Positions 1 through 10,815 of a stretch of DNA of 42,923 bases are shown piece after piece (the stretch's first letter is position 1; each line of letters opens with the position of its first letter). Origin of the DNA: Octopus sinensis. Lineage: Eukaryota. Location: the NCBI RefSeq assembly GCF_006345805.1, contig NW_021835328.1, positions 1 to 42,923 on the forward strand, read 5' to 3'. Under the pieces are notes generated by a model. That model did no database searches. It was given only the letters and a program-made list of their open reading frames with translations, and was not told the origin of the DNA. Both the position numbers and the translations under genes were made by a program.

Positions 1-271
1 AATATCTACGAACTATAGAATTTCTCAATAAAGCCAAGAGAAAAAAGATGTTTTATAAACACATTCTACCAGTATACGAAGTTTAAAAGTGTTTAGATAC
101 GTGGAAATTATTTTTAAAAATGCCGGTCAAACCGATCTAGAGATATGCTAAGGTGTGCCTCACTTCCAGTGGTCTCCCAGCACGCCCGACACCCACCCGG
201 AATTTCTATGGGCCCCTTCATTATACCACAGAATATGTCAGGTCAAATCTATCCCAAATTTCAACAGACTT

Positions 272-781
272 GGTCTGATCAATAAGTATCCGGACTGTTG
301 CTATAGTAGCGAAACTAAAGCATGCAGAGAGAAGCCGCTCGGCATACATTGATCTTCAGCTCTGTTGTGCATGCGCACTAAATTTTACTGTTCTAGCTTG
401 CTTCAGTTGTTTACAGCAGTGCTTGGAAGGAAGATGTGTAGCGTGTGACCATCGCATTGACCATGACAGAGAAAGTTGAGCAGAGAATATGCATCAAATT
501 TTGCCAAAAGCTCAGAGGCCTACGCAAAGTTTCCAAAAGGTCTTCATCGTTCTCGACACAATCAAGAAGATCTTGTCTGACTGAAACCCGTGTGTCTTTT
601 TGGTCAGCTAAAAGCAGTTTTGCATAAACTTGGCAGACAAACGTCTCATGCCCAAATCTTCAGAGATAATGGACTAAACTGAACCGTAACTAATCTGGAC
701 ATCCTCTCATAACTCACGGATGGGGATTCGACGATTTCTCCTCACAGCTGCACGCACATCTGCGATGTTTTTCTCAGTTCT
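272..781 (+). mobile_element. Mariner (Tc1/mariner) transposon remnant: left TIR, transposase N-terminus, then an inverted internal segment
   Basis: TIR-like GGTCTGATCAATAAGTATCCGGACTG at 272-297. From ATG 463 the + strand reads MTEKVEQRICIKFCQKL..SEAYAK, a mariner N-terminal HTH pattern. 530-781 on the minus strand reads RTEKNIADVRAAVRRNRRIPIREL*EDVQISYGSV*SIISEDLGMRRLSAKF../LLADQKDTRVSVRQDLLDCVENDE, matching the second HTH and the (W/F)VP(R/K)xL-type linker, with stops and a frameshift. Confidence 0.85.
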
Positions 782-1195
782 ACATCGTCTCCAGCTGGCT
801 ATACGACACGATCTGTGTCCTTATATTTTCAAACAAGGGAATCTAGCACCCCCCACTAATATATAAATCAGTGACTAGTTGTCACTTTGAAAACTATATA
901 TTTAGAACGGGAATTCGGCAGCGTCACCTCTAGCCGAACAATTATTCTCTGCTGATGAAGGGAAATAACACGGAAATCGCGATACACAGATATAGTTTTG
1001 AGCTGAGTGGAGATACTAGATTCCCTTCTTCGAAAATATAAGGACACAGATCGTGTCGTAAAGCCAGCTGAAGACGATGTCTCCTGGGGCTAAATTACAG
1101 CAACATTCGTCCCAAACCAGGACTGCCATGTTATGTTGGCAAACAATCTTTACTCCAAAGAACTGTTGCTGAATATCTCATGTTATGAGACTTAC
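782..1195 (+). mobile_element. Penelope-like non-coding terminal fragment with 5' inverted duplication and a degenerate hammerhead motif
   Basis: 782-846 is the reverse complement of 1016-1080 (~65 bp, about 4 mismatches), and a hammerhead-like motif lies at 946-990 between them. The right boundary is approximate. Confidence 0.55.
946..990 (+). ncRNA. Degenerate minimal type I hammerhead ribozyme motif
   Basis: TCTCTG-CTGATGA(952-958)-AGGGAAATAACACG-GAAA(973-976)-TCGCGA-TA-CACAGA. Stem I pairs 5/6, stem III is the palindrome ATCGCGAT followed by A17, and stem II is poorly paired. Confidence 0.5.
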
Positions 1196-1244
1196 AAATA
1201 GTAATCCACTATTATTATTGTTCTTGTTATTGCTATTAATATTA

Positions 1245-1613
1245 TTATCTCCGCCTTAGCGAAGGCAGAAGTATTGTTTTCAGTCGCGTTTGTTTGTTTG
1301 TTTGTCCGTGAACAATATATCTTAAGAACCAATGGATGGATTCGGATGAAACTTTCAGGGATGTTTCGCCTCCTGACTGGCAGGAACGGATTAGATTTTG
1401 GGATCGATTCGGTACCGGACAAGGACTCCGGGTTATTTTTCCTGTCTTTTTTTAACTCAAATTTTTGAGAGCGGTCAGGTTCATTATTAGTATTCTCGTT
1501 TGTGAGAGCAATCGAGTTTATTTCAGATATTCTCATTTTAAAAATCATCTCCGGCTAATCATTGAGAGGACGTTGGTGTTGCCTTAGCGGAAGATTGCAC
1601 TCACTGAGTGCTC

Positions 1614-1615
<2 letters not shown>
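1245..1615 (+). mobile_element. Non-autonomous Helentron-type (HINE/DINE-1-like) element
   Basis: 5' subterminal palindrome CTCCGCCTT-AGCG-AAGGCAGAAG, a (TTTG)n tract, the core GGATTCGGATGAAACTTT...GATTAGATTTTGGG, a 3' subterminal GCCTTAGCGGAAG and a terminal hairpin GCACTCA-C-TGAGTGC (1597-1611) in T-rich flanks. This is the layout of HINE-like elements. Confidence 0.6.
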
Positions 1616-1646
<31 letters not shown>

Positions 1647-1648
1647 TA

Positions 1649-1690
<42 letters not shown>

Positions 1691-1776
1691 CTTATTATTA
1701 TTATTATATTATATATTATTATTATTATATTATATTATTATTATTATTATTATTATTATATTATTATTTTATTATA

Positions 1777-1811
<35 letters not shown>

Positions 1812-1846
1812 TATTAATATTATTATTACTATTTTATTATATTTTA

Positions 1847-1883
<37 letters not shown>

Positions 1884-2280
1884 TATTATTATTATTATTT
1901 ATCATCATCTCATCATATAATCATTATTATTATTATTATTCATTATTATTAATCATTATTATTATTACTATTATTACTATTATTATTATTATTATTATTA
2001 TCTTATCATATTATCATTATTATTTATTATATATTATTATATTATTATTATATTATTATTATTATTATCATTATTATCATTATTATTATACTATTATTAT
2101 ACTATATTATTTTATTATTATTATTATTATTATTATTATCATTATTATTATTATCATATTATCATTATTATTATTACTATATTATTACTATTATCATTAT
2201 TATTATTATTATATTATTTTATTATCATTATTATTATTATCATTATATCATTATTATTATTACTATTATTATTACTATTA

Positions 2281-2311
<31 letters not shown>

Positions 2312-2453
2312 CATTATTATCATTATTATTATACTATTATTTTTTATTATCATTTTTATTATATCATATTATTATATCATTATTATTATTATCATTATTA
2401 TCATTATTATTATTATTATATTATTATTAGTATTATTATTTTATTATTATTAT
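1613..2453. repeat. (TAT/TAA)n microsatellite, ~840 bp, imperfect
   Basis: Direct inspection. Confidence 0.98.
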
Positions 2454-2742
2454 TCTGGCTTTTGATTTGTATTTGTACAAGTTGTCTCCAAGTCTCACCC
2501 CGCAACCTCAAGAGACAACTAGTTTGATGTTCAAGTTGGTGTTATGACTAGGATGACATATTTTGGGCTTCGGACAAAGTATTGTCCTGGAGAATGTCTG
2601 TCAAAACATGAAGAAAATTGGAATTTTGTTCTAAAGGTAAACTGATTAGAAGATGAAAGTGTGATGTTAAAATGACAGTTTGCTATTATGGACATTTAAA
2701 AGCACTTTTAATAATGTTTACAGATTAAGATGTTTTGGGGTT
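2454..2742 (-). mobile_element. Probable 3' UTR fragment of a second Dong/R4-like LINE ending in (TAA)n
   Basis: The minus strand ends ...TCTCTTGAGGTTGCGGGGTGAGACTTGGAGACAACTTGTACAAATACAAATCAAAAGCCAGAATAATAA. It is bounded by TAA-type repeats on both sides (1613-2453 and 2743-2779) and has no ORF. Confidence 0.45.
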
Positions 2743-2779
2743 ATCATCATCATCATCATTATTATTATTATTATTATTA

Positions 2780-5700
2780 CTTTTTTTTTTCTTCTTTCAA
2801 ATTTGCTTCCATTTCTTGCCGAGTGTCTTCCCGACTCCTAGGGCAAAGAAATTCATAGTATACATTGGTAGGCCATTAAACCAAACTCAATAGTTCGTTC
2901 ATTTTTTTTTTTTTTTTTTAAGTTAAATTAAAATACATGAGCAGCAACAGTTCTCACATCGACAATGCTCTTCTCAATACGTGTGATGTACCAGTTAAGA
3001 CAATCTTTTGCACTTCTTGCAGGGATGGTAAGCCAGGGATCATTCTCATATAATTTTCGGTTCCCTTCTTGATCATTCCTAGTGCTCCTACGATCACTGG
3101 TATTGTAACCGCCTTGAGATGCCACATTTTCTCAATTTCAATGAGTAGGTCTTTATATTTTCTGAGCTTGTCAAACTCTTTCGCTGAGATATTATGATCA
3201 CAGGTGATGCTCATGTCGATCAATAAGCAAACTTTATTGTTTTGGTCTTTCACAACAATATCTGGTTTATTGGCCTTGATGGTTCGGTCTGTATGTACTG
3301 GAAAGTCCCACAGAATGGTTACATTTTCTCCTTCAGTTACAGACTCAGGGTGGTGATTATACCACTTGTCGGCAGTTTTGATATTGTAATGCCGACTTAT
3401 TAGCCAGTGTAGATATTGGCCAAATCTGTCATGTCTTAATTTATACTCCACTGGAGCTAAGACTTTACATCCAGAGATTAGGTGTCCACTGTTTCAATCA
3501 TGTCGTTGCAGAATCGGCATTTTGGGTCTGCTCCATTTTTCATCACATTGGCCTGGTAGTTCCGGGTTAATAGGCTTTGATCTTGAGCAGCCAGGATGAA
3601 ACTTCGCTCTCTGCTTTTAGCCCTGAGCTCCGTAGCCACTGATGGGTTTGCTTCTGGTCAACATCAGCTTGTTTGCTGCGGGTCACATATTTGCCGTGCA
3701 GAGGTTTCTCCTCCCACCTATCAGCCAATTGCTCGTGCGTTTTTTTCATTGCCATCATTTTCACCTTTTTGCAACTATAGTTGCCGTACTTCCCTCGGGT
3801 TGTTCAGTTTGGGTATCTGCACGAGATCAATAGCAAATTTTTTGCTTTCCTTTATGATAGAATGAAGCTTCTTTCGTCTCTCGTGATTTCCACGAGCTTT
3901 AGCATCCAGTCATTCGATATTTCGAGATATTGGCCAGTCCAATTGTGGTTGTTTTGTAAGCTAGTTCAAATTGGATCAGGCCTCGACCTCCTTGGGCTCT
4001 GGGAAGGTAAAGGCGATCTACGTCTGCCTTTGGGTGGTGCATCCTATTACAACTCAGCAGCTTGCGTATTTTCCTACCTATATTCTTTACTTCACTCATA
4101 TTCCAGTTCAACACATTGTAGCTATAAGTAACAACTGGAACTGCTAAGGAATTTATAGCTAACACCTTGTTACGTGCATTTAGTTCAGATTTCAGGACTG
4201 CACGAACTCCTATAACATTCCTTCCTGATCTTTCTTTCATGCTTGCATGCTGAATACCAGAGCCTTCATTTATCCCTAAATATGTGTATGTTTGTTCTTG
4301 CTCAAGCTCTCTTATGACTGTGTCAACATCTAACACGACTGAATTTGTGGTCTTCACTTTCCCTTTCTGGAAAGTCGCCTTGGCACACTTCTCAAGTCCA
4401 AACTCCATCCCGATGTCATCGCTGAATGCTTTCACAGTGCACAATAGGCCTTCAAGTTCATTATTGTCTTTACCATAAAGTTTTAAGTCATCCATATAAA
4501 ATAGATGGCTTATTTTTTTATTGGCAATTTTATACCCATACCTGTTCTGTTTAATTCACTTGTAAGGGGTATTAGGGCTATGCAGAATATTAAAGGTGAA
4601 AGTGAGTCACCTTGAAAAATTCCACAGTTGTGTTTATATTTTCTGAGGCAAGTACTCCATTAGAGTGGTATAATTGGAGATTCGTATTCCACAACGACAT
4701 ATTGTGCTTCAGGAAGTTTGAAATCACAGGGGAAATTTTGAAGATGTCCAGCGATCTCAAGATCCATGGATGCGGTATACTGTCGAAGGCCTTTTTATAG
4801 TCAATCCATGCGGTGCTGAGATTTCTGCGCTTGTTGTGACAGTTCTCAAGGATCATACGATTGATTAGCAGTTGATCTTTGCATCCGTATGAGCCTCGGC
4901 GGCACCCTTTTTGTTCAATGGGGAAAATATCGTTCTTCTCCATGAATGCATATGTTTTCTCCGCCAGGATAGATGTTAGGATTTTATACGTGGTGGATAG
5001 ACAGGTTATAGGCCGATAGTTTTTTGGAAGGTTGGTTTCGTTTTCTTTGGGAGTAGGTAAGTAATGCCACTTGCTAACCATTCAGGTGTTTTCTTTGGGT
5101 CTCTCATAATTCCATTGAGCAGCTGAACTAGCTACCGTGTGCGCATGGGAGCGATGCGAGCCAGAAATTCGGCACCCTATCTTTACCGGGGGATTTCCAA
5201 TTATGGGCCTTCGTGAGTGCCTTTCTTAGGTCTGTTATTGTGATGTCTTCCCATGCTTGTTGTTGTAAATTTTGGTAGGATCCTTCAGTTTGTATAATCC
5301 AGTCTACATTTATGTTGTACGTCTTCTTGTCACTTCCAAATACTTTTCCAAAAGTTTTGAACTTCTTCCATGGGAGGGGGGTCTTTAACGGTTACTTTCT
5401 CCTTCCCTATTTCTCTGTAGAATTTTTTGGCATTGGATGTGAACAGCTTATTTTGCTTGTAAAACTTATTTCTCTCCTCAAATCTTCGTATTCTTTGCGC
5501 TTTTGCTTGGACTTTTTGTTTCAGCGTTTCTTTTATTGATATCAGTTCTTCTCTTGGTGAGGATCCAAATTTTCTCTTCATCTTTCTTCCTGTTCTGGAT
5601 CTTACATCATTTCCACATATTAGTTCATTTAATATTGTTATTTCCCCTCTCATAAATTCAATCTCTTTTTCAATTTTACTTCTCCAGGTTTGATTTCTTC

Positions 5701-5826
5701 CCAGGTTTTGTTTTCTTTGTTTTTTCGGGGGCATACAGCTGGTTTCAATTGCCCTAGCAGAAGCGTAAATAATTTCATTTAACTCAGTAAAATCAGGTTT
5801 TAATTCTCGTATTATTTCATTTGTTA
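2780..5826 (-). mobile_element. 5'-truncated R4/Dong-clade non-LTR retrotransposon (RT + CCHC + restriction-like endonuclease)
   Basis: Collinear minus-strand motifs: NWKSPGKD (~5190), NYRPITCL, EQKGCRRG, WIDYKKAFDS, GIFQGDSLSP (~4595-4623), FYMDD (4487-4501), YTYLG, CRFC..ETV.HLISGC (~3465-3520), RHD, ILWDF..TD..IKANKPDIVV..LIDMS..K..KY and IPVIVGALG. The 3' UTR ends in an A-run plus (TAA)n, and (TAA)n also flanks the 5' end. Confidence 0.93.
2954..5826 (-). pseudogene. Frameshifted reverse transcriptase / RLE polyprotein ORF of the Dong-like element
   Basis: ORF pieces 5330-5734, 4590-5081, 3899-4495, 3567-3764 and 2954-3451 are consecutive parts of one protein, broken mainly by single-base frameshifts. 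Confidence 0.9.
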
Positions 5827-5839
5827 CATAGATGTAACA

Positions 5840-5884
<45 letters not shown>

Positions 5885-6440
5885 TGAGTGAGAGAGCAGT
5901 GCATGCCATCAAAGTGACACTGGGGTAAAATATACGAAGTCCAGTATACCCATCATGACTACCCGTCTGATAAGGGTACACCAGGCACATGCATCACAAC
6001 CATATGTGCACGAGATGGTGGTCTCATATCAAGATAAACAGCACATGACCTTGCAGGTGGGGCCCAGTTAGAATTTTCTTCTGGTCGAGTAATATACCCC
6101 GCTTAAAAGGTCCCTGAATAAGGGTTGTTTAAGGATGTTGAACGAATCACCTATGTTTCCAAATGTGAATTATTCAAACCCCAAAGAATCCTTCTCAACA
6201 CATGGCTATGATGCTCCCCCACTACTTCTGCTCGTGATCAGAGATGCACATATCGTCAGCCACTAAGGGACATGCTCAACTGATTAAGGCCAAACAACTG
6301 ACAAGCAAATCTGTGGTGTTGAGTAGAATATTTGCTGTAGCCCATCTTTTATACCAAGACAAAACAATAGACATGATAACACTTCCAATCAGTTAAGATC
6401 AGAAGCCATGAGAGCCACTGCCTGGTACTGCATCAGGGCA
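5885..6440 (-). mobile_element. ~550-bp non-coding interspersed element inserted in (TAA)n, copy 1
   Basis: Near-identical to 21660-22189 over its full length and flanked by (TAT)n at 5841-5884 and 6441-6560. Strand is inferred from the TAA orientation. Confidence 0.85.
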
Positions 6441-6450
6441 TTTATTATTA

Positions 6451-6540
<90 letters not shown>

Positions 6541-6574
6541 TATTATTATTATTATTATCATTTTCATTAGCATC

Positions 6575-6640
6575 TTCTTTCAGTTCTGTCTCCATTTCTT
6601 GCCGAGTGTCTTCCTGATATCTAGGCCAGAGAAACGTACT
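6575..6640 (-). mobile_element. Short 3'-end fragment of the Dong-like family
   Basis: TCCATTTCTTGCCGAGTGTCTTCC..CTAGG matches 2808-2842 in the LINE 3' UTR and abuts another (TAT)n tract. Confidence 0.7.
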
Positions 6641-6667
6641 GTATCCCCCAGCCCCGATCTGTTAGAG

Positions 6668-6872
6668 CTACGATTAAAGATGTTCTACCTGTGAGCGTTC
6701 CGTATATCAATTAGGCATAGTGTATCTAGGACTACATTATCAAATTTGTGCCTTTGTTGTTTTTTGCCACAGGTCTGTCATGATCCGGGAGACACATGGT
6801 TAAAGCTGTTTCAACCGTGACCATTCCATATATTATTGAGACATAGTGCATCTAGGACTACATTATCCAATG
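6668..6872. repeat. Diverged ~126-bp tandem duplication
   Basis: CATAGTG(T/C)ATCTAGGACTACATTATC at ~6716 and ~6842, with weaker similarity upstream. Confidence 0.65.
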
Positions 6873-7020
6873 TGCACTAAGTCAGCCTTCACTTCAGGCT
6901 TATGACTTAGCTGCTATTTCTAGTGGACTGAGTAATTACGTACAGGTTCCCTTGTTAACTTGTAACGACTATTTTCTTGCGGCTAATATTACAGACAATA
7001 TTGGTCTTACTGTTTTGGCT

Positions 7021-7203
7021 GTAGTAGTAGTAGTAGTAGTAATGGTAGTAGTAGAAGTGGTGGTGGTAACACTAGGAGTAGTAGTAATGGTGGTAGTAGT
7101 AGTAATAGTAATAGGGGTAACACTAGAGGTAGTAGTAATGGTAGTAGTAGTAGTAGTAGTAGCAGTGGAGGTGGTGGTGGTGCAAGTAGTAGTAGTTTTG
7201 GTA

Positions 7204-7239
<36 letters not shown>

Positions 7240-7440
7240 GTAGTAGTAGTACTGGTAGTATTAGTGGTGGAAGTAGTAGTAGTGGTGGTAGTAGTAGAAG
7301 TAGTAGTAGTAGCGGTGGTTGTGGTAATGGTGGCCGTTGTAACAGCAGCAGTAGTAGTACTCGAAGTAGTATCAGTAGCAGTAGTAGAAGTTATAGCAGT
7401 AGCAGCAGCAGCGTAGTAGTAGTAGTAGTAGTAGTAGTGA
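7021..7440. repeat. (GTA/GTG)n microsatellite
   Basis: Direct inspection. Confidence 0.97.
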
Positions 7441-8032
7441 TTGTAATTGTTCTAATTTTTCGTTACTATTATTGTGTTCGCGAGGTTTTGTCATTTTGCT
7501 GTAGTTGTTGTTGTTGTCGTTACAGCTGTTTCTGTTTTTGTTGTTGTTGTTATTGATGAAAAACAGAACAAGAACAAAAAGCCCCCCCAAAAAAATAAAG
7601 GAAAAAAAGAAATAACCCTTCAAAAACACAAAACAAAACAAAAAAACAAACACAGAGAACCCTAGACAACAACGGCCCTTGATTCAATTAAAACTCTAAT
7701 TCATATGTGTAAAAAAAAACCCTCCAACCCAACCTCGCCCACCACCACTACCAACACCAACACCATCATCACCAATCATCGACTCCGACGCCTCTCTTCC
7801 CGCCACCCCGCCACCCCGCCCACCCGTGTCTACTACACCCCCACCCCCACCCCACGTCCAACACGACTATTCTCACACGCGCTCGCACCCCCACCCGCAC
7901 CGCCGCCGACCCCTCTCCACTCCCTCCTCCCCCTCCTCCTCCTGACACAACACGTAACGCACGTACGTATCATTCTCGCTGCTGCGACTGACAATCGGGT
8001 TGACAATGTGTGATTATAATGAGACGTTTTAT

Positions 8033-9021
8033 GGCGGCGGCGGCTGTGGCGGTGGTGGTGGTGGTGGTGGTGGTGGTGGTGGTGGTGGTGGCGGCGGCGG
8101 CGGTGGGTAGAGTGGGGGGAGTTGAGGTGTTTGTTGGTAGTGATCTTAGTAGTGTTGGTGGTGGTGGTGGTGATGATGATGATGAGGATAGTGGCGAAGG
8201 TGGTGGTGGTAGTGGTGGTAGTGGTGGTGGTGGTGGTGGTGATGATGATGATGAGGATAGTGGCGAAGGTGGTGGTGGTAGTGGTGGTAGTGGTGGTGGT
8301 GGTGGTGGTGATGATGATGATGATGATGATGATGATGAGGATGACGGCGACGATGACGATAGCAATGATGATGATGGTGATGATGATGATGGTGATGGTG
8401 ATGATGATGATGATGATGATGATGATGGTGATAATGATGACGGTGGTGGTGATGATGATGATGACGATAACAATGATGATGATAATGATGATGATGATGG
8501 TGATGCTAAAGGTGTGATAATCGCCGATGTATTTTTTTCCTCTTTCTTTTTTTCCTCTTCTTCTAAATGTCGCAACTGAAGTACTTTCTTCCCGTCATCA
8601 TCATCATCAGCATCATCGTCGACATCATCGTTGTTGTTGTTGTTGTTGTTGCTGTAGTTTCTGTTTTTTCTTCCTTTTTTTTCCTAGCTGTACTCAACGT
8701 TGTAGCGGTTTCGCTATTGTGGTTACAATTGATGTTAGTGTTGCAGTAGTTGTTGTGGTTCACAGTGGTGGTAGTGGTTGTGGTGGTAGTGGTGGTGGTG
8801 GTGGTGGTGGTGGTGGCAGCGATGCTGCTGTCGTGTAACGATAGTAGTAGCTGTGGTAGTAGCGCAGGTGGTGGCGGTAATGGACGTAGTATTCGTGGTG
8901 GTGGTAGTGGTGGTTGTAGTAGCGGTTATGGTAGTCGTACTGCTGCTGAAGTGAAAGTCAGGAAAACTTAGTAGTAGTAGTAGTAGCAGTGATAGTAGTA
9001 CTAGCAGCAGCAGCAGCAGTG

Positions 9022-9054
<33 letters not shown>

Positions 9055-9265
9055 ATGGTGGTAGTGGTAATAGTAGTAGTAGTAGTGAAGGTGGTAGTGG
9101 TACTAGTAGTAGTAGTTGTTATAGTAGGAGTGGTGGTAGTGGTGGTAATAGTAGTAGTAGTTTTGGTGGTGGTGGTAGTAGTATAGTAGTGGTGGTGTTA
9201 GTGGCAGTAGTAGTAGTAGTAGTAGTAGTATAGTAGTGGCGGTGGTAGTGGCGGTAGTAGTGGTA
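8033..9265. repeat. Compound (GGT)n/(GAT)n/(GTT)n/(GTA)n microsatellite field with an internal 69-bp duplication
   Basis: Direct inspection. GATGAGGATAGTGGCGAAGGT occurs twice, 69 bp apart (~8181 and ~8250). Confidence 0.95.
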
Positions 9266-10154
9266 CGTGATTCCGTTGCATTGTACATCGACGTTGCAGT
9301 CGATGTCACAGTTGTTGTTGTAATATCTATCAACGCTTACTATTTCTTACTTTATTTTATTGTATTTTATTTTTCCACGTCTCACAGTCGTAATATTCCT
9401 GCCATTGCTGTTGCCGCCGTAGCCGCAGCAGTCGTTGTTGCGATTGGCTGCTGACGATGTCGACGATATTGCTTCTTACCGCATGGCGGCGAATAGTTTG
9501 CGTCGTTGCTTTTGTTGTCGACGCAGTTTCTTAACGCATGAAGATTTTTGACGTTCTCCTTATTGTTGTTGTTGTAATTTTATAACACCGGCGCTGTTAA
9601 TGTTGTTGTTGTTGGTGGTGGTGCTGCGACTGACGATTGCTGTTGCCCCTTTTTTGTTGTTGTTTAATATCGACGTTTTTTTGTTGTTGTAATAATTATA
9701 TTTTCTCGCAGCTATAAAAGTGGGTGTTAACCGTTCTAATTAGCGTCTTTGTTAATTCATAAACCTCCCCTACACACACACATAAGGACACACGGACACA
9801 CACACACACACACACGCAAACACACACATACATACATACAACATACACATAGCTATGTGGATGCATGCCAACCATATAAACATAAATACATACATGCACT
9901 CACAGATACACACACACACACACACATATGAGTTCATGAATGCGTATATAAAATATATATACATGTATGTGTATCTGCATAGATATATGCATGTATGTAC
10001 GGCATATTTTCGTCATATTGTCATAGATACATACACACACACACACCCTAACACACACAAACATACACACTAGGCAATAAGCGCAAAAAGAACATAACAC
10101 GGGAGGGCCAAGTTTAATAAAATGCATTAGTATAGCGTTTTATCTCTCTCTTTC

Positions 10155-10192
<38 letters not shown>

Positions 10193-10416
10193 GTCTTCAT
10201 TAATAATTTTAAACTCGTTGGAAACAGCTGTAATAGATTGACAAGTTATCCATTTGTTCTTACTATATGTATATAACATATATTGAAAAGGTTGCAAGAG
10301 GTAACGGACATTTTATAAAAATGAATGGAAATCGAATCGGTGAGTGTGTTAAGTAATAAGGCACTAAAAGAGAATCACTCTCCCCAGGCACAATAATATA
10401 TACATACAACATATAC

Positions 10417-10479
<63 letters not shown>

Positions 10480-10490
10480 ATTATATATGT

Positions 10491-10540
<50 letters not shown>

Positions 10541-10559
10541 TATATATATATATATATAT

Positions 10560-10815
10560 GTCATAAATTTAATTTACTGCATCAAATGCGCAAATTGTGA
10601 AGAATTATATATTGGTCAGACTGAAAATGCACTAACAGAACGTTCACGCATGCACCGGCAGCAAATTAGAGACCCACATGTCCGTCAGATGCCTTTGAGT
10701 AACCATCAGCAACATGCGGTCGGAAAATACTTATAATATTTTCATTCTACAAAGTACACAGTCCAAGTGAAATTGAGAGAAAATTCAGAGAAAATAATTT
10801 TTTCAATAAATTCCT
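10560..10815 (+). pseudogene. GIY-YIG endonuclease fragment of a Penelope-like retroelement
   Basis: Reads VINLIYCIKCANCEELYIGQTENALTERSRMHRQQIRDP...PLSNH and then FSFYKVHSPSEIERKFRENNFFNKF. This gives the LIY..C..C..YIG(Q)T..L..R...H motif plus the C-terminal R..(K/R)E..F..KF, and it starts directly after (TA)n. Confidence 0.85.

Noticed and set aside
1-135. Possible end of a DNA transposon at the window edge
   Set aside because: It has no partner TIR, TSD or second copy within the window, so it cannot be supported.
9712-9721. TATA box-like CTATAAAAG
   Set aside because: It is an isolated motif in AT-rich DNA followed by (CA)n, with no downstream gene evidence.
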